A DNA stretch of 64,000 bases, taken from a virus. The notes under the pieces were generated by a model that saw nothing but the letters and a program-made list of their open reading frames with translations, had not been told where the DNA came from and did no database searches. Of this stretch, positions 48,704-59,100 are shown in pieces (positions within the stretch are counted from its first letter, which is position 1; each line of letters begins with the position of its first letter). The stretch lies in IMG/VR virus record IMGVR_UViG_3300035523_000146. One strand, written 5' to 3'. The position numbers and the translations under genes are program-made.

Positions 48704-49336
48704 TTAGGGCTTCTGGAGCCCTGGTTGTGGAACTGCAGGGGGGGCCTGCTGCGGCTGAATGGCGGGCGTAGCAGGCGGAGGTGTTGCCGGTTGCAGGAGC
48801 ACGGGTTGCAAGCGGGGCATCGTGTTCGGGAAAAACTCAAGCGTAATGTGGCCGCGCCCGTCATACTGCAAACGGCCGTGCTGCAGCATGTCCCGCCCCA
48901 ATAAACCAATCAGGTGCACTCGCGTCCCGCGACGCATTACCTGTATCTGCTGGTAATAGTCGTCCAAATGGGGAATTGCTTGAAAGCGCTGATCCAGGGA
49001 GACAGTGCGCTTGCGGCCATTTTCCTCCATAACGATTTCGAGCTTCGCGGCAAAAATGGGATTCGTGTGTTTTCCACCTGCGCCGTACCCGTGGCAAACA
49101 CCAAGGGGGCGCAAGCCAAGTTGTTGGGATACATCGAGGGAAATGCAGGTGGCTTGCGCACCAGTGTCGACCAATATATCGCCGTAAACAGGGGCGGGTA
49201 TCGGTTTGCCGGCCAGCGTAAGCGCATTTTCTAGGAGTTGGGGTATGCGCCAAGATGCGGCAATGATGGGACCAATGGTTTGCAGCGCCTCTGGAGTTTG
49301 GAAGTCTTCAAAAATCTTTCGAGGCGCGTGCTTCAT
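48704..49336 (-). CDS. Retropepsin-like aspartyl protease
   Basis: ILVDTGA and GLLGRDML; Pro/Gln-rich tail. Confidence 0.85.
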   Translation of the reverse strand: MKHAPRKIFEDFQTPEALQTIGPIIAASWRIPQLLENALTLAGKPIPAPVYGDILVDTGAQATCISLDVSQQLGLRPLGVCHGYGAGGKHTNPIFAAKLEIVMEENGRKRTVSLDQRFQAIPHLDDYYQQIQVMRRGTRVHLIGLLGRDMLQHGRLQYDGRGHITLEFFPNTMPRLQPVLLQPATPPPATPAIQPQQAPPAVPQPGLQKP

Positions 49337-49349
49337 TTGGCCGCCTGAC

Positions 49350-49715
49350 TCACTTCATGTTTGTGAACATGGCGCCGGCGGTCCAAGAAAGCGAAGTGCA
49401 GAGTGGTTCGGGGCGTTCTACCCGCGCAATCAAAAACACCGCATCAACGCCGAACGTCTTCAGGGCAAACGCATAGGCAGAGTCAAAATCCCTATAGAAC
49501 GCATGCGCACGACTATCTTTGAAAACGACGAATTCTTCGCCGTGACTCTTCAGCAGTTCGGGAAGCGCTGCCTCGAAATCTGCCTGTTCTTGTTCTAGTG
49601 TCCGTGTCTGTTCGGTGGTCACAGTCTCGTTCTCCGGTAAGAATAATACCCCGCCCGGAACGATAAGGAAAGAATAAAACTGAACGGGCGACAAGGGCGA
49701 GTCCAAGAACGACAT
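49350..49715 (-). CDS. DUF5678-like small protein (start uncertain)
   Basis: FEAALPELLKSHGEEFVVFKD...FDSAY..A...FG motif directly upstream of the protease. Confidence 0.65.
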   Translation of the reverse strand: MSFLDSPLSPVQFYSFLIVPGGVLFLPENETVTTEQTRTLEQEQADFEAALPELLKSHGEEFVVFKDSRAHAFYRDFDSAYAFALKTFGVDAVFLIARVERPEPLCTSLSWTAGAMFTNMK

Positions 49716-49767
49716 ATCCGGATAGTAAACGTATTCTAAGGAATACCGCCCGCTGGTCAATCTCGCC

Positions 49768-49977
49768 ATGCGCAGCACCAAGACTGATTTCCTGGCCGAA
49801 GCAGAGAACGAACGGCTGACTGGCTTTGACGACAAGCAGCGCACGGCTGGCCGCTCCGGTGCCGTGCAGTTCATCAAGGAAACCTTACACATGGACCTCG
49901 CCCGCTTCTGGCGTGTGACCAGAGGCAAGGAGATCATCCCGGGCCCTGCCCCGCAGGTGCAAGGCGTACTGTTTTAG
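49768..49977 (+). CDS. Hypothetical protein (69 aa)
   Basis: Protein-like ORF directly upstream of the AAA+ gene. Confidence 0.5.
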   Translation: MRSTKTDFLAEAENERLTGFDDKQRTAGRSGAVQFIKETLHMDLARFWRVTRGKEIIPGPAPQVQGVLF

Positions 49978-49988
49978 GAGTCTCGCCG

Positions 49989-50732
49989 ATGCAACTCCAC
50001 GAGAAATACCGCCCGAAATCGCTCGCTGGTGTCGCCGGGCACAGCGGCATCGTGCATCGCCTGCAAGCTCTGCTTGATTCGCCCACCTGGACCGGCGACG
50101 CGATCTGGCTGCAAGGCCCGTCCGGCATGGGCAAGACGACGCTGGCCAACATCATTGCCGCCGCCAAGTGCGACCCGCGCGACATTCACCACCTCGCCGG
50201 TGCGGACTGCACAATTGAAGCCGTGGACGAGATCAAAGCTCACACACAACTGTCCACGTGGGGCACAGGATGGAAGGCGTTCTGCATCGATGAAGCGAAT
50301 GCAATGTCTTCGAAATCCGTTCAGGCGTGGAAAACGCTGCTTGAGCCGCTAAAGCCCCGCCGCCTGTACATCTTCACCTCGGCGCGCATGATCGACAGTC
50401 TGTTCGAGACTGGCGCGGAGAACGATCAACTGGCCTCGCGCTGCAAGGTCTTCACGCTGATGCCCAACCTCGAAGCGATCACCAGCCACGTCTGCGACAC
50501 GCTCTGCAATTCGGGTGAGCTTGGCGAGAAGCGCTGGTTCGACCAAGTATCGCGGCAAGACATTCTCGCCTTGGTCACGAAGCACAAGGGCAACCTGCGC
50601 AGCATCTGGCAGGAGATCGAACTGCAAGCGCAGGACGCCACTGAAGACACGCCCGACGCCGATGTCCCGGAAGACGTTGGCGACATTATAGCCCAGGCCC
50701 GCGCGCTGCTCGCGCAGATGGCCACCGCATAG
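49989..50732 (+). CDS. Clamp-loader-like (DnaX/RFC-type) AAA+ ATPase, short form
   Basis: LHEKYRPKSL..V.G, GPSGMGKTT, CIDEA, LASRC. Confidence 0.85.
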   Translation: MQLHEKYRPKSLAGVAGHSGIVHRLQALLDSPTWTGDAIWLQGPSGMGKTTLANIIAAAKCDPRDIHHLAGADCTIEAVDEIKAHTQLSTWGTGWKAFCIDEANAMSSKSVQAWKTLLEPLKPRRLYIFTSARMIDSLFETGAENDQLASRCKVFTLMPNLEAITSHVCDTLCNSGELGEKRWFDQVSRQDILALVTKHKGNLRSIWQEIELQAQDATEDTPDADVPEDVGDIIAQARALLAQMATA

Positions 50733-50742
50733 GAGGACTGCG

Positions 50743-50958
50743 ATGCAACGCTCCGGTGAAATTGCCGTCACGATCAACGCGGACGGCACGGTACGAATGC
50801 AAATCCTGAACAACGACTCGCCCGACCACGGCGAGCTGCTCAAGCCGTTTGAAGTCAGCGTGTCCGATGGGGACGCATCCCGCGTGCAAGCCCATCGTCA
50901 CGATCATTCCCACACCGGCCACGTTCACCACGGCCACAGCCACGAAGGGGGACACTAG
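50743..50958 (+). CDS. DUF2997-like small protein with His-rich tail
   Basis: EIAVTINADGTV; tail HRHDHSHTGHVHHGHSHEGGH; context next to DUF1257-like and AAA genes. Confidence 0.55.
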   Translation: MQRSGEIAVTINADGTVRMQILNNDSPDHGELLKPFEVSVSDGDASRVQAHRHDHSHTGHVHHGHSHEGGH

Positions 50959-50959
50959 C

Positions 50960-51271
50960 ATGGCTTGCTACTCCATCGTCGCGATCAAAACGCAGGTCAA
51001 GGCACCCGTGTCCGAAGTAGCGCAAGCCTTGATCGCGATGGGCTATAAGAACGTCATGTCCGACATCAGGAGCGTGCTGGCCGACGGTCTGCAACTGTCT
51101 TGCCGTGGGGACGACACCTGGGAAGTCACCCGCGGCACGCTTGACGTTGCCCGCTTCACCCGCGAAGTCGCCCGCGCCAAAGTGCTGGCCGAAGCCCGAC
51201 GCCAAGGCTACCGCGTCACCGTTGACAGCCGCGAAGGCGAACAAATCAAGATTCGTCTCCGCGTGCAGTGA
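50960..51271 (+). CDS. DUF1257-like protein
   Basis: MACYSIVAIKTQV...AQALIAMGY...EARRQGYRV pattern. Confidence 0.5.
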   Translation: MACYSIVAIKTQVKAPVSEVAQALIAMGYKNVMSDIRSVLADGLQLSCRGDDTWEVTRGTLDVARFTREVARAKVLAEARRQGYRVTVDSREGEQIKIRLRVQ

Positions 51272-51506
51272 CCCCGCGTAGGAATGCAGAAATAACGCGA
51301 AAAAACGTTTATCTCGACGCGACCCGACCAAAGACACCATCCGATCCACAAGAGCTGTTTTTCCAGCCTGAAACCCTTTGGTGACGGCACGAGAAGTCCA
51401 GCATCGCACTGGCCACGGACGCTACGTGGCATCACGTCCTGGCTGGCTTCTCGTGTAAACCCCATGCCCTGTCCGAAGGCGGGGCCGCTCCTGTCAGGAG
51501 ATTCCC

Positions 51507-52589
51507 ATGCCCGACCAAATTCCCGGCCACATGCTCTGGACGTTCTCGGTCCAGAAGTGCCGCCTCTCTACGCTCCGCGATGCTCTGGTCGAATCCGGGA
51601 TCGCACCGGAGAAGGCGCGCGAACTGCCCAAGCGGTATGCCTTCATCCGCGCGATCAAGAACCTGGAAGCCGACGGGATCATCCTGCCGGTCACGGAAGA
51701 CGAAGACCGCCTCTTGTTCCAGTTGTCCGACAAGGCGACGGAGTGGATTGAAGGCCGCGACCGCCTCACGCTCAAGTACCGCCAGCAGTTCTGGTTTAAC
51801 AAGAAAGCCGAAACGCTCGGCACGGACGGCGACAACATCGACGCGATCCGCCAGATGTTCGAAGACGCCCGCGACATGTACACTGCCGGTCAGGTCAGCC
51901 ACTTGCTGCGCAAGGTTCTCGACGACAACAAGGCCATCGTCCCCCTGCGCCCCAACGGCGTGCTGTACTTCGTGCCGGAAAGCTACGAAGACCTGCTCAA
52001 GCAGATCAAGTCTTTCGGCAAACTCATCGGCACACAAATCCGCACCAAGACCGTGGGCTTCACCGAAGCAGACATCATGCAAGACGCCTTGTCGGGCCTC
52101 GCCAGCAAGATCAAGTCCGACCTGGCCGCAATCACCAAGGACGTGCGCGAGAACGGACTGACCCCACAGAAAGCCGCGAACCGCTGGGACAGCATCGTCG
52201 GCCAGATCCGGCGGGCCGCAGCCTTCGCCGATTCCATGCGCGTGTCGGCCGCCGACATTCTCAAGGGCGTGAGCAGCGCCGAAATCGACCTCTCACTGGT
52301 GAGCGGAGCCGACAGCATCGACGTGGTGGCCTGCCTGACGCAAGCCGGCAAGGTGCGCGGCGTGCTCGGTGACATCGCCCAGGCACTCACCGAGGGCCAC
52401 GAACTCCCCGCCCTGGACAGTGCCCGCGTGCAAGCCGCCCTTTTCGCCGCCGCCTGCCCGGTCGTGGACGACATGGAACTTCCCGCCGTCGCCTCTGCCA
52501 TATCCATCCCGGTGCCGGATTTCACGCCCGATCAGCACGAGCAATTGCGCCTGACGCTGCTGGAAGCCCGGCGCGTACTGAGCGCCTAA
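51507..52589 (+). CDS. Hypothetical phage/ICE protein (possibly DUF3150-like)
   Basis: 360-aa ORF with strong codon bias, GGAG RBS, LRPNGVLYFVP motif. Confidence 0.7.
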   Translation: MPDQIPGHMLWTFSVQKCRLSTLRDALVESGIAPEKARELPKRYAFIRAIKNLEADGIILPVTEDEDRLLFQLSDKATEWIEGRDRLTLKYRQQFWFNKKAETLGTDGDNIDAIRQMFEDARDMYTAGQVSHLLRKVLDDNKAIVPLRPNGVLYFVPESYEDLLKQIKSFGKLIGTQIRTKTVGFTEADIMQDALSGLASKIKSDLAAITKDVRENGLTPQKAANRWDSIVGQIRRAAAFADSMRVSAADILKGVSSAEIDLSLVSGADSIDVVACLTQAGKVRGVLGDIAQALTEGHELPALDSARVQAALFAAACPVVDDMELPAVASAISIPVPDFTPDQHEQLRLTLLEARRVLSA

Positions 52590-52599
52590 CGAGGAGCAC

Positions 52600-52833
52600 A
52601 TGACCACCTACGCCGAAGACTATCTCGCCGCCGTGGCCTTGTCCGCACGCTGGCACCGCAAGCTCATGACTGCCCGCACCAAATGCCGCAAGCTGAACGC
52701 TCGCATCTGGCGTTTACGCAAGCTCGTGCAGGCGGGCGTCCAGAAGAAGCCCCGGCGTGCGCCGGGGCATTTGTACCACCCGTTGCCGGTCGTGCGTGCA
52801 AAGATCACGCCGCCGCCAATCATCGAGGACTAA
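52600..52833 (+). CDS. Small basic hypothetical protein
   Basis: GAGGAG RBS; fills the gap between coupled genes. Confidence 0.55.
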   Translation: MTTYAEDYLAAVALSARWHRKLMTARTKCRKLNARIWRLRKLVQAGVQKKPRRAPGHLYHPLPVVRAKITPPPIIED

Positions 52834-52835
52834 GC

Positions 52836-54386
52836 ATGAACATTACCACCGCACTACTGTCTTGCCTCAAGGCCCGCCAGCCAGGCATCCACCTCCGCAC
52901 GCTGGAAGAAGAACGCGCCCTGGAAGCCTTGCGGCAGACCGTCGCCGCCATGCGCCCAGCCCGTCCGCTCTGGTCCTGGTCGATGGCGACCGGGATCACC
53001 AATCTGTCCCTCGAAAACGAGGAAGACGACCGTGTAACCGAGCCGCAGGTTCCGCTCGACGTGGCTCTGCAAGCCTTCGTCAAGGAAGCCGGCCCCGTCG
53101 TCCTGCTGCTGCTCGACCCGTGGGACGCCCTGCAGGCCGCGTTCTTCCAGCGTGCCCTGCGCGAAACCCTCCAACACGGCCGAGGCAAGGGCAAGGCCAT
53201 CGTGCTCGTCGGACGTGACTGGAAGGTTCCGGGCGAACTGGCCGATGACATTCACGTTCTCGACCTGCCTCTGCCCCGCGCATCCGAACTGGAAGAGTTC
53301 ATCCGATCGCTTTGCGTGCTCTACAAGTCCAGCCCTATCGGCGACAAGATCGAGATCGACGAGGCCAGCATCCCGCCCTTGGCTCGAGCCTGCACCGGCC
53401 TGACCCGCGATGAAACGAAGTCCATCGTGGCCCTATCACTCGTCGCACACAAAGCCATCGGGCCGAAAGCTGTCGCACTCGCTATCCGGGAGAAGTCCCA
53501 GATCGTCAAACGCACCGGCATGCTGGAGTATGAAGAAGCCCGGCACAGCCTCGCCGACGTGGGCGGCTTGCGAAACCTGAAGAGCTGGCTGCTCAAGCGC
53601 GGCAAGCTGTTCAGCCCCGAAGCCAAGGCGCGCGGCATTCGGGCCACCAAGGGCGCGATCTTCGTCGGCCCTCCCGGCACAGGCAAAACGCTGTGCGCCA
53701 GGGCCATCGCGGCGGCATGGCAACGCCCCCTGGTCAAACTCGACGCGGGCAAGCTGTTCGGGTCGCTCGTCGGGGAGTCGGAAAGCAACCTGCGCATGGC
53801 CTTGCGCACTGCCGAAGCCGTCGCGCCCTGTGTGCTGCTCATCGACGAAATCGAGAAGGGTTTCAGCCAGAGTGGCGGCAACGACGGCGGCACGACACAG
53901 CGCGTTTTCGGAGCGTTCCTGTCGTGGATGCAGGACAAGACGGCTGACGTGTTCGTGGTCGCCACTGCCAACGATATCGACAAGCTCGATAGCGCGTTGG
54001 TGCGCAAGGGACGCTTCGACGAAATCTTCGCGGTGGACCTGCCCGACGAGAAGGCCCGCGAGGAAATCCTGCGCATCCACTTGGGCTCCGACGAGTTCGA
54101 ACCGGTCGCCTTGACCACCCTGGCACAGCAGTGCAACGGCTTCACCGGCGCAGAGCTCGAAGCGGCCGTACAGGATGCCCGCATCGACGCATTCAACGAC
54201 GGCGACCGCGCTGTGACTCCGGCCGATGTGGGCGAAGCCATCCATCGCACGGTTCCGCAAAGCAAGACGATGGGCGCGCAGATCGAAGCCCTGCGCCAGT
54301 TCTGCAAGTCCGGCCGCGCCCGCCCTGCCGACGGCGGGACTATTGAGTCCGACGCAAAGAAGCAGACGGCAGGTATCGAACTCTAA
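52836..54386 (+). CDS. Ycf46-like AAA ATPase
   Basis: DVGGL..LK.WL, GPPGTGKT, LLIDEIEK, ATAN, RKGRFDEIF; degenerate N-terminal ATPase domain; start at MNITTALL. Confidence 0.92.
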   Translation: MNITTALLSCLKARQPGIHLRTLEEERALEALRQTVAAMRPARPLWSWSMATGITNLSLENEEDDRVTEPQVPLDVALQAFVKEAGPVVLLLLDPWDALQAAFFQRALRETLQHGRGKGKAIVLVGRDWKVPGELADDIHVLDLPLPRASELEEFIRSLCVLYKSSPIGDKIEIDEASIPPLARACTGLTRDETKSIVALSLVAHKAIGPKAVALAIREKSQIVKRTGMLEYEEARHSLADVGGLRNLKSWLLKRGKLFSPEAKARGIRATKGAIFVGPPGTGKTLCARAIAAAWQRPLVKLDAGKLFGSLVGESESNLRMALRTAEAVAPCVLLIDEIEKGFSQSGGNDGGTTQRVFGAFLSWMQDKTADVFVVATANDIDKLDSALVRKGRFDEIFAVDLPDEKAREEILRIHLGSDEFEPVALTTLAQQCNGFTGAELEAAVQDARIDAFNDGDRAVTPADVGEAIHRTVPQSKTMGAQIEALRQFCKSGRARPADGGTIESDAKKQTAGIEL

Positions 54387-54421
54387 ACCTCGCACACCCC
54401 GCTGTGCAGAAAGGACGAGCA

Positions 54422-54598
54422 ATGCATCACGGTGATCTGCCCTACAAGCACACCAAGGCCGATGCCGAAGAGCCCTTGGCACACTCCGATGGCGCGCCGG
54501 CAAAGAGTGCCGCCCTCCTGACCAAGATGCTCCAGGACATCGCCCGCCAAACCGCACCCGAATTCGCCGCAGCACTGCAAGTTGTTCGCATGAAGTAG
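54422..54598 (+). CDS. Small hypothetical protein
   Basis: Short ORF in the co-oriented backbone. Confidence 0.4.
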   Translation: MHHGDLPYKHTKADAEEPLAHSDGAPAKSAALLTKMLQDIARQTAPEFAAALQVVRMK

Positions 54599-54667
54599 CC
54601 CTCGCACAAACCCGTCACGCAACCCCTCGAAGAACCTTAACCGCCTGCGCCGCAGGCAAGGAGACCC

Positions 54668-55243
54668 ATGTCTACAGTCACGCAGCCCGTTACGTCCAAT
54701 CTCGCCGACATGCTCGCCGCGGTAGCCAAGCCCAAGGCCCCGGCAGCTTCCGAAAAGATGCCCGTTGTTGCTCGCGCGGAGCTTGCACCGATGGCAAAGA
54801 AGTTGGCACAGACATTAGCCCAGTTGAAAGACCTGGAGGCTCAGAAGGCGATGCTCGTCGCGGACCTGATGCCGGCCGCCGAGCACGCTCGCGCAGACTT
54901 GGCCCGCCAGCGCGGCGAGAACCTGTCAAGCATACGCTTCTGCGGCCTGACATATCAGACGCAATGCAGGTACGCCGACGTGAAACCGGAATTGGCTGCG
55001 CGCATCAAGGCTGCTCATGCTGAACTGTTTGCCACGTACTTCCGCGAGCAGTACGCCGTCAACATCGACGTGGGTAAGCTCACCCCCCAACTGCTGCAGA
55101 ATTTGATCGCCGCAGGCGCAGAAGTAACTGTCACAGTGCAGCCTACCAAACAGTTTCATGAAGATCGCACGCTCAGACCAGACGTTGCCGTTGTGGCGGC
55201 GTCGCTGCCGGACATCAAGCCGGTCGCGTTTTTCCGGGCATGA
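54668..55243 (+). CDS. Hypothetical phage-like protein with coiled-coil N-half
   Basis: GGAG RBS; 191 aa; helical heptads. Confidence 0.7.
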   Translation: MSTVTQPVTSNLADMLAAVAKPKAPAASEKMPVVARAELAPMAKKLAQTLAQLKDLEAQKAMLVADLMPAAEHARADLARQRGENLSSIRFCGLTYQTQCRYADVKPELAARIKAAHAELFATYFREQYAVNIDVGKLTPQLLQNLIAAGAEVTVTVQPTKQFHEDRTLRPDVAVVAASLPDIKPVAFFRA

Positions 55244-55259
55244 TCGGAGGGAAGCACCT

Positions 55260-55943
55260 ATGCTTAGGTATCCTGACACCCCACGGCGCGTCTCGGTCGA
55301 GTTTCTGAGGCGGCTCGACACTGAAGTGCCGGGGCGATGGCACGCGCAGCGGAAGATTGATGGCGTAAGGCGAGTAGCGTGGCTGGCCGACGGCAAATGG
55401 ACATACTATTCGAAGCACCTTGTCGGGCCTGCTGCGATGCCGATGCCGAACACTCTCGTGGCGGAATTCGAGTCGTTGCCGTGGCCGGACGGAATTGGCT
55501 TGGATATGGAATGGTCGGGCAGGCGGTGCGTTCAATTCATCACCGAGCACAAGCTCCACCTGTTCGATCTGCTGATGGCTCCTGTGGGCATCACCAAGCA
55601 GTGCCGTAGCAGCGCAAATGGCGATTGCTGGTTAGGCGATGTTCCATTCTCGACGCGCTACGAACTACTGCGCCAGCTCGTCGAGGCCGTGAAGATGGCA
55701 GCCACATCACCATCGAACCATATTCACTTGATCCCGTGTTGGACGAATCCCGGACTGGTCGACAGGTTTTTGGAGCAGATCCAGGACCCGTTGTCAGAAG
55801 GGCTCGTGGTGCGCCGCGCTGATTCCGGCTTGGTCGGCCACACCGGCCGCTTCGCCGAGAATCCGATGTGGTTCAAGATTAAGCACCGGGATGACGTTCC
55901 CAGCGGACTGGACGCTGGCCGGCGGAAGGGCGGTGCCCAATGA
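55260..55943 (+). CDS. ATP-dependent ligase-family nucleotidyltransferase (adenylation domain only)
   Basis: KIDG (I), DME (III), LFDLL (IIIa), EGLVV (IV), WFKIK (V); ends soon after motif V; GGAGG RBS. Confidence 0.85.
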   Translation: MLRYPDTPRRVSVEFLRRLDTEVPGRWHAQRKIDGVRRVAWLADGKWTYYSKHLVGPAAMPMPNTLVAEFESLPWPDGIGLDMEWSGRRCVQFITEHKLHLFDLLMAPVGITKQCRSSANGDCWLGDVPFSTRYELLRQLVEAVKMAATSPSNHIHLIPCWTNPGLVDRFLEQIQDPLSEGLVVRRADSGLVGHTGRFAENPMWFKIKHRDDVPSGLDAGRRKGGAQ

Positions 55944-56183
55944 GCGCATGGGAAACGTTACAGACCGTCGCCTGCTGCTGGCTCCTCGTCGGCATCTTAT
56001 ACTGATTGCCGCTTGCGCCGCGGAAGCCAAGACCAGAGATTAAGCGGAAAAGCAAGCGCGAGCGTCTCCCGTGTGTGGCCGTATTGTCTTTTCAGCCAAA
56101 TATGGATACAAGCTATCTGCAAAATCATTGGTTGATTGCCGGGACGCGCCCTGGTTCGGGCTCAGACGATAAGGATACTCCAC

Positions 56184-59100
56184 ATGAAACGAGCTTCCCG
56201 GGTCGCGCTGGCTTTGGTGCTGCTGGCCTCATCCGCGCAAGCGGCAAACTGGTCCGACACCGGTTCAATGGGCACTGCCCGCTACTCCCACACATCAACG
56301 CTGCTGCAGAACGGGAGAATTCTCGTGGCGGGGGGATGGGATGGCAGCACGACGTTTGCCAGCGCCGAATTGTACGATCCGGCGACCGGCACGTGGACGG
56401 CTACCGGTTCGCTGGCCGCCGCGCGCAGGCTTCACACAGCGACGCTGCTTCCCAGCGGTAAAGTCCTCGTTGTAGGAGGCCGTGGTGCCGGCTATCTTTC
56501 TAGCGCGGAAGTATACGATCCCGCCGCCGGCAACTGGACAACCCTTAACCCGATGACCATCGGGCGCGCCTATCACACGGCGACGCTTCTATCGAATGGC
56601 AAGGTCCTCGTCACGGGGGGGTACAATTCCAGTGGCGGTTTCCTTTCCAGCGCGGACGTGTACGACCCGGCAACGGGCTTGTGGTCCGCTGCCGGCGCCA
56701 TGGGCGCCGGTCGCTATTTGCACACGGCAACATTGCTGCAGAACGGGAAGGTTCTCGTTGCGGGGGGCTACAACGCCAGCGTGTCTCTTTCCAGCGCCGA
56801 ATTATACGACCCGGCCACGGGCAACTGGACGGCTACCGGTTCGCTGGGCACCGCGCGAAGGTATCACACGGCGACGCTGCTGCCCAATGGGAAGGTGCTC
56901 GTTGCCGGATGGTTTCTCAGCGCGGAAGTGTACGACCCGGCGCTGGGCTCATGGTCTGACACCGGCGCGATGGCCACCGCGCGCTACAGTCACACGGCGA
57001 CGCTTCTGCCCAGTGGAAAGGTCCTCGTGGCTGGAGGCATTGGCAGCGGATATCTTTCGAGCGCGGAAGTATACGATTCAGCGACAAATGCGTGGTCAAA
57101 TGCCGGTCCATTGACTGCCGCGCGCGCGCTGCACACGGCGACTGTGTTGCCCAGCGGCAAGATTCTGGTCGCGGCGGGTTACGACGGCAGTACGGCTCTG
57201 TCCAGCGCCGAGGTTTATTACTGCCCAGGAACCGCTTCGTGGGCAACCACAGGTTATATGATCGCTGCGCGCCAATATCACAAGGCGACGCTGCTGCCCA
57301 GCGGGAAGGTGCTCGTCGCGGGAGGAAGTAACAGCGGTGTTCTTTCCAGCGCGAACGTGTATGACCCGGCCCTTGGCAACTGGGCGGCCACCGGTGCGCT
57401 GGCCACCGCGCGCTACGATCACACAGCCACGCTGCTGCCCAGCGGGAAGGTCCTCGTCGCGGGGGGCGGCGGCAACGGTGGTTCTCTTTCCAGCGCAGAA
57501 GTATACGACCCGGCGACGGGCCTCTGGACGAGCACCGGTGCGCTGGCCACGGCGCGCAAGTATCACACGGCGACGCTGCTACCCAGCGGGAAGGTCCTCG
57601 TCGCGGGTGGGTATTACTACGATGGCACCGATCATTATCTTTCCAGCGCGGAAGTGTATGACCCGGCGACGGGCGCCTGGACGAGCACCGGGTCGCTGGC
57701 CACGGCCGCGGCGCGCTACTATCACACGGCGACGCTGCTGCCCAGCGGGAAGGTCCTCGTCGCGGGGGGCTATGGCAACTTCGGGTATCTTTCTAGCGCG
57801 CAAGTGTACGACCCAGCGACGGGCAATTGGACGGCTACTGGTGCGCTGAGCACCGCGCGCTACTATCACACGGCGACGCTGCTGCCCAGCGGGAAGGTCC
57901 TCGTCACAGGCGGCGACAACGGCAGTATTCTTTCCAGCGCGGAAGTGTACGACCCGGCCACGGGCGCCTGGGCGGCCACCGGCTCGCTGGCCACCGGGCG
58001 CTACTCTCACACGGCGACGCTGCTGCCCAGCGGGAAGGTCCTCGTCGCGGGGGGCGCCGGCTACGGCGTTATTTTTTCCAGCGCGGAAGTGTACAACCCG
58101 GCCACGGGCGCCTGGGCGGCCACCGGCTCGCTGGCCACCGGGCGCTACTATCACACGGCGACGCTGCTGCCCAGCGGCAAGGTGCTCGTCGCGGGTGGCA
58201 ACAGCGACGGCTTCAGCGGATTTCTTTCCAGCGCGGAAGTGTACGGGGAGGATTTGGGGTACTTGGCGCCTTGGCAGCCGAGCATCAACGGGGCGACGTC
58301 GCCGCTTGTTCTTGGCACAGCCTTAAGCATTCAGGGTGCGCAGTTCAGGGGGCTTTCAGAGGCATCGGGCGGATCAGGTAACAATTCGGCAACAAACTAC
58401 CCTGTAGTCGAACTCCGCAGCATGATTAATGAACACACTGCGTTTCTGTTGCCCGATCCAGAGACGCCCTGGACAGACTCGAGCTTCACCAGTCTGCCGG
58501 TAACAGGGTTTCCCAAAGGCCTGGCTTTAGTCACTCTGTATGTCAATGGCATACCCAGCGCGGCTAAACCGGTCCTCATCGCCAAACCAGTGGTATCGCT
58601 GCAGGCCGCCGGATTCACCTCACCTACCACGGCGGGAGTGGCGCATCAGATAACTGTCACCGCCAAAGATGAAGATTCCCAAACTGCCATTGGCTATACC
58701 GGTTCGATTAAGTTTACAAGTTCCGACACACAAGCGGTGTTGCCCACCGATTACACGTTCGCTTCCGGTGACAAGGGTGTTCACTCTTTCAGTATTACGC
58801 TCAAAACCGCGGGCGGTCGTTCCATCACGGCTACCGACAAAGCGACAGGAACGATCACGGGCACCCAATCCAACATCCTGGTCAGTCCTGAAGCCGCCAG
58901 TGTGCTGGAAGTCTGGTACCCCTTGACGACGACCGCCGGGGTTGCTCGCAATTTCTCACTGACAGCCAAGGATGCCTATGGAAATACAGCAACGGACTAT
59001 ACGGGAACGATCCATTTCACCAGCTCTGATCCGCAAGCTGTGTTACCTGCAGACTACACGTTCTCTTCCAGTGTTAAGGGATCTCAATCCTTTGTCGCTA

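Noticed and set aside
53321-54575. Long minus-strand ORFs opposite the AAA gene
   Set aside because: Antisense shadows without recognisable domains.
56250-58250. Diversity-generating retroelement acting on Kelch loops
   Set aside because: No reverse transcriptase in the window and no template/variable pair with adenine-specific differences was evident.
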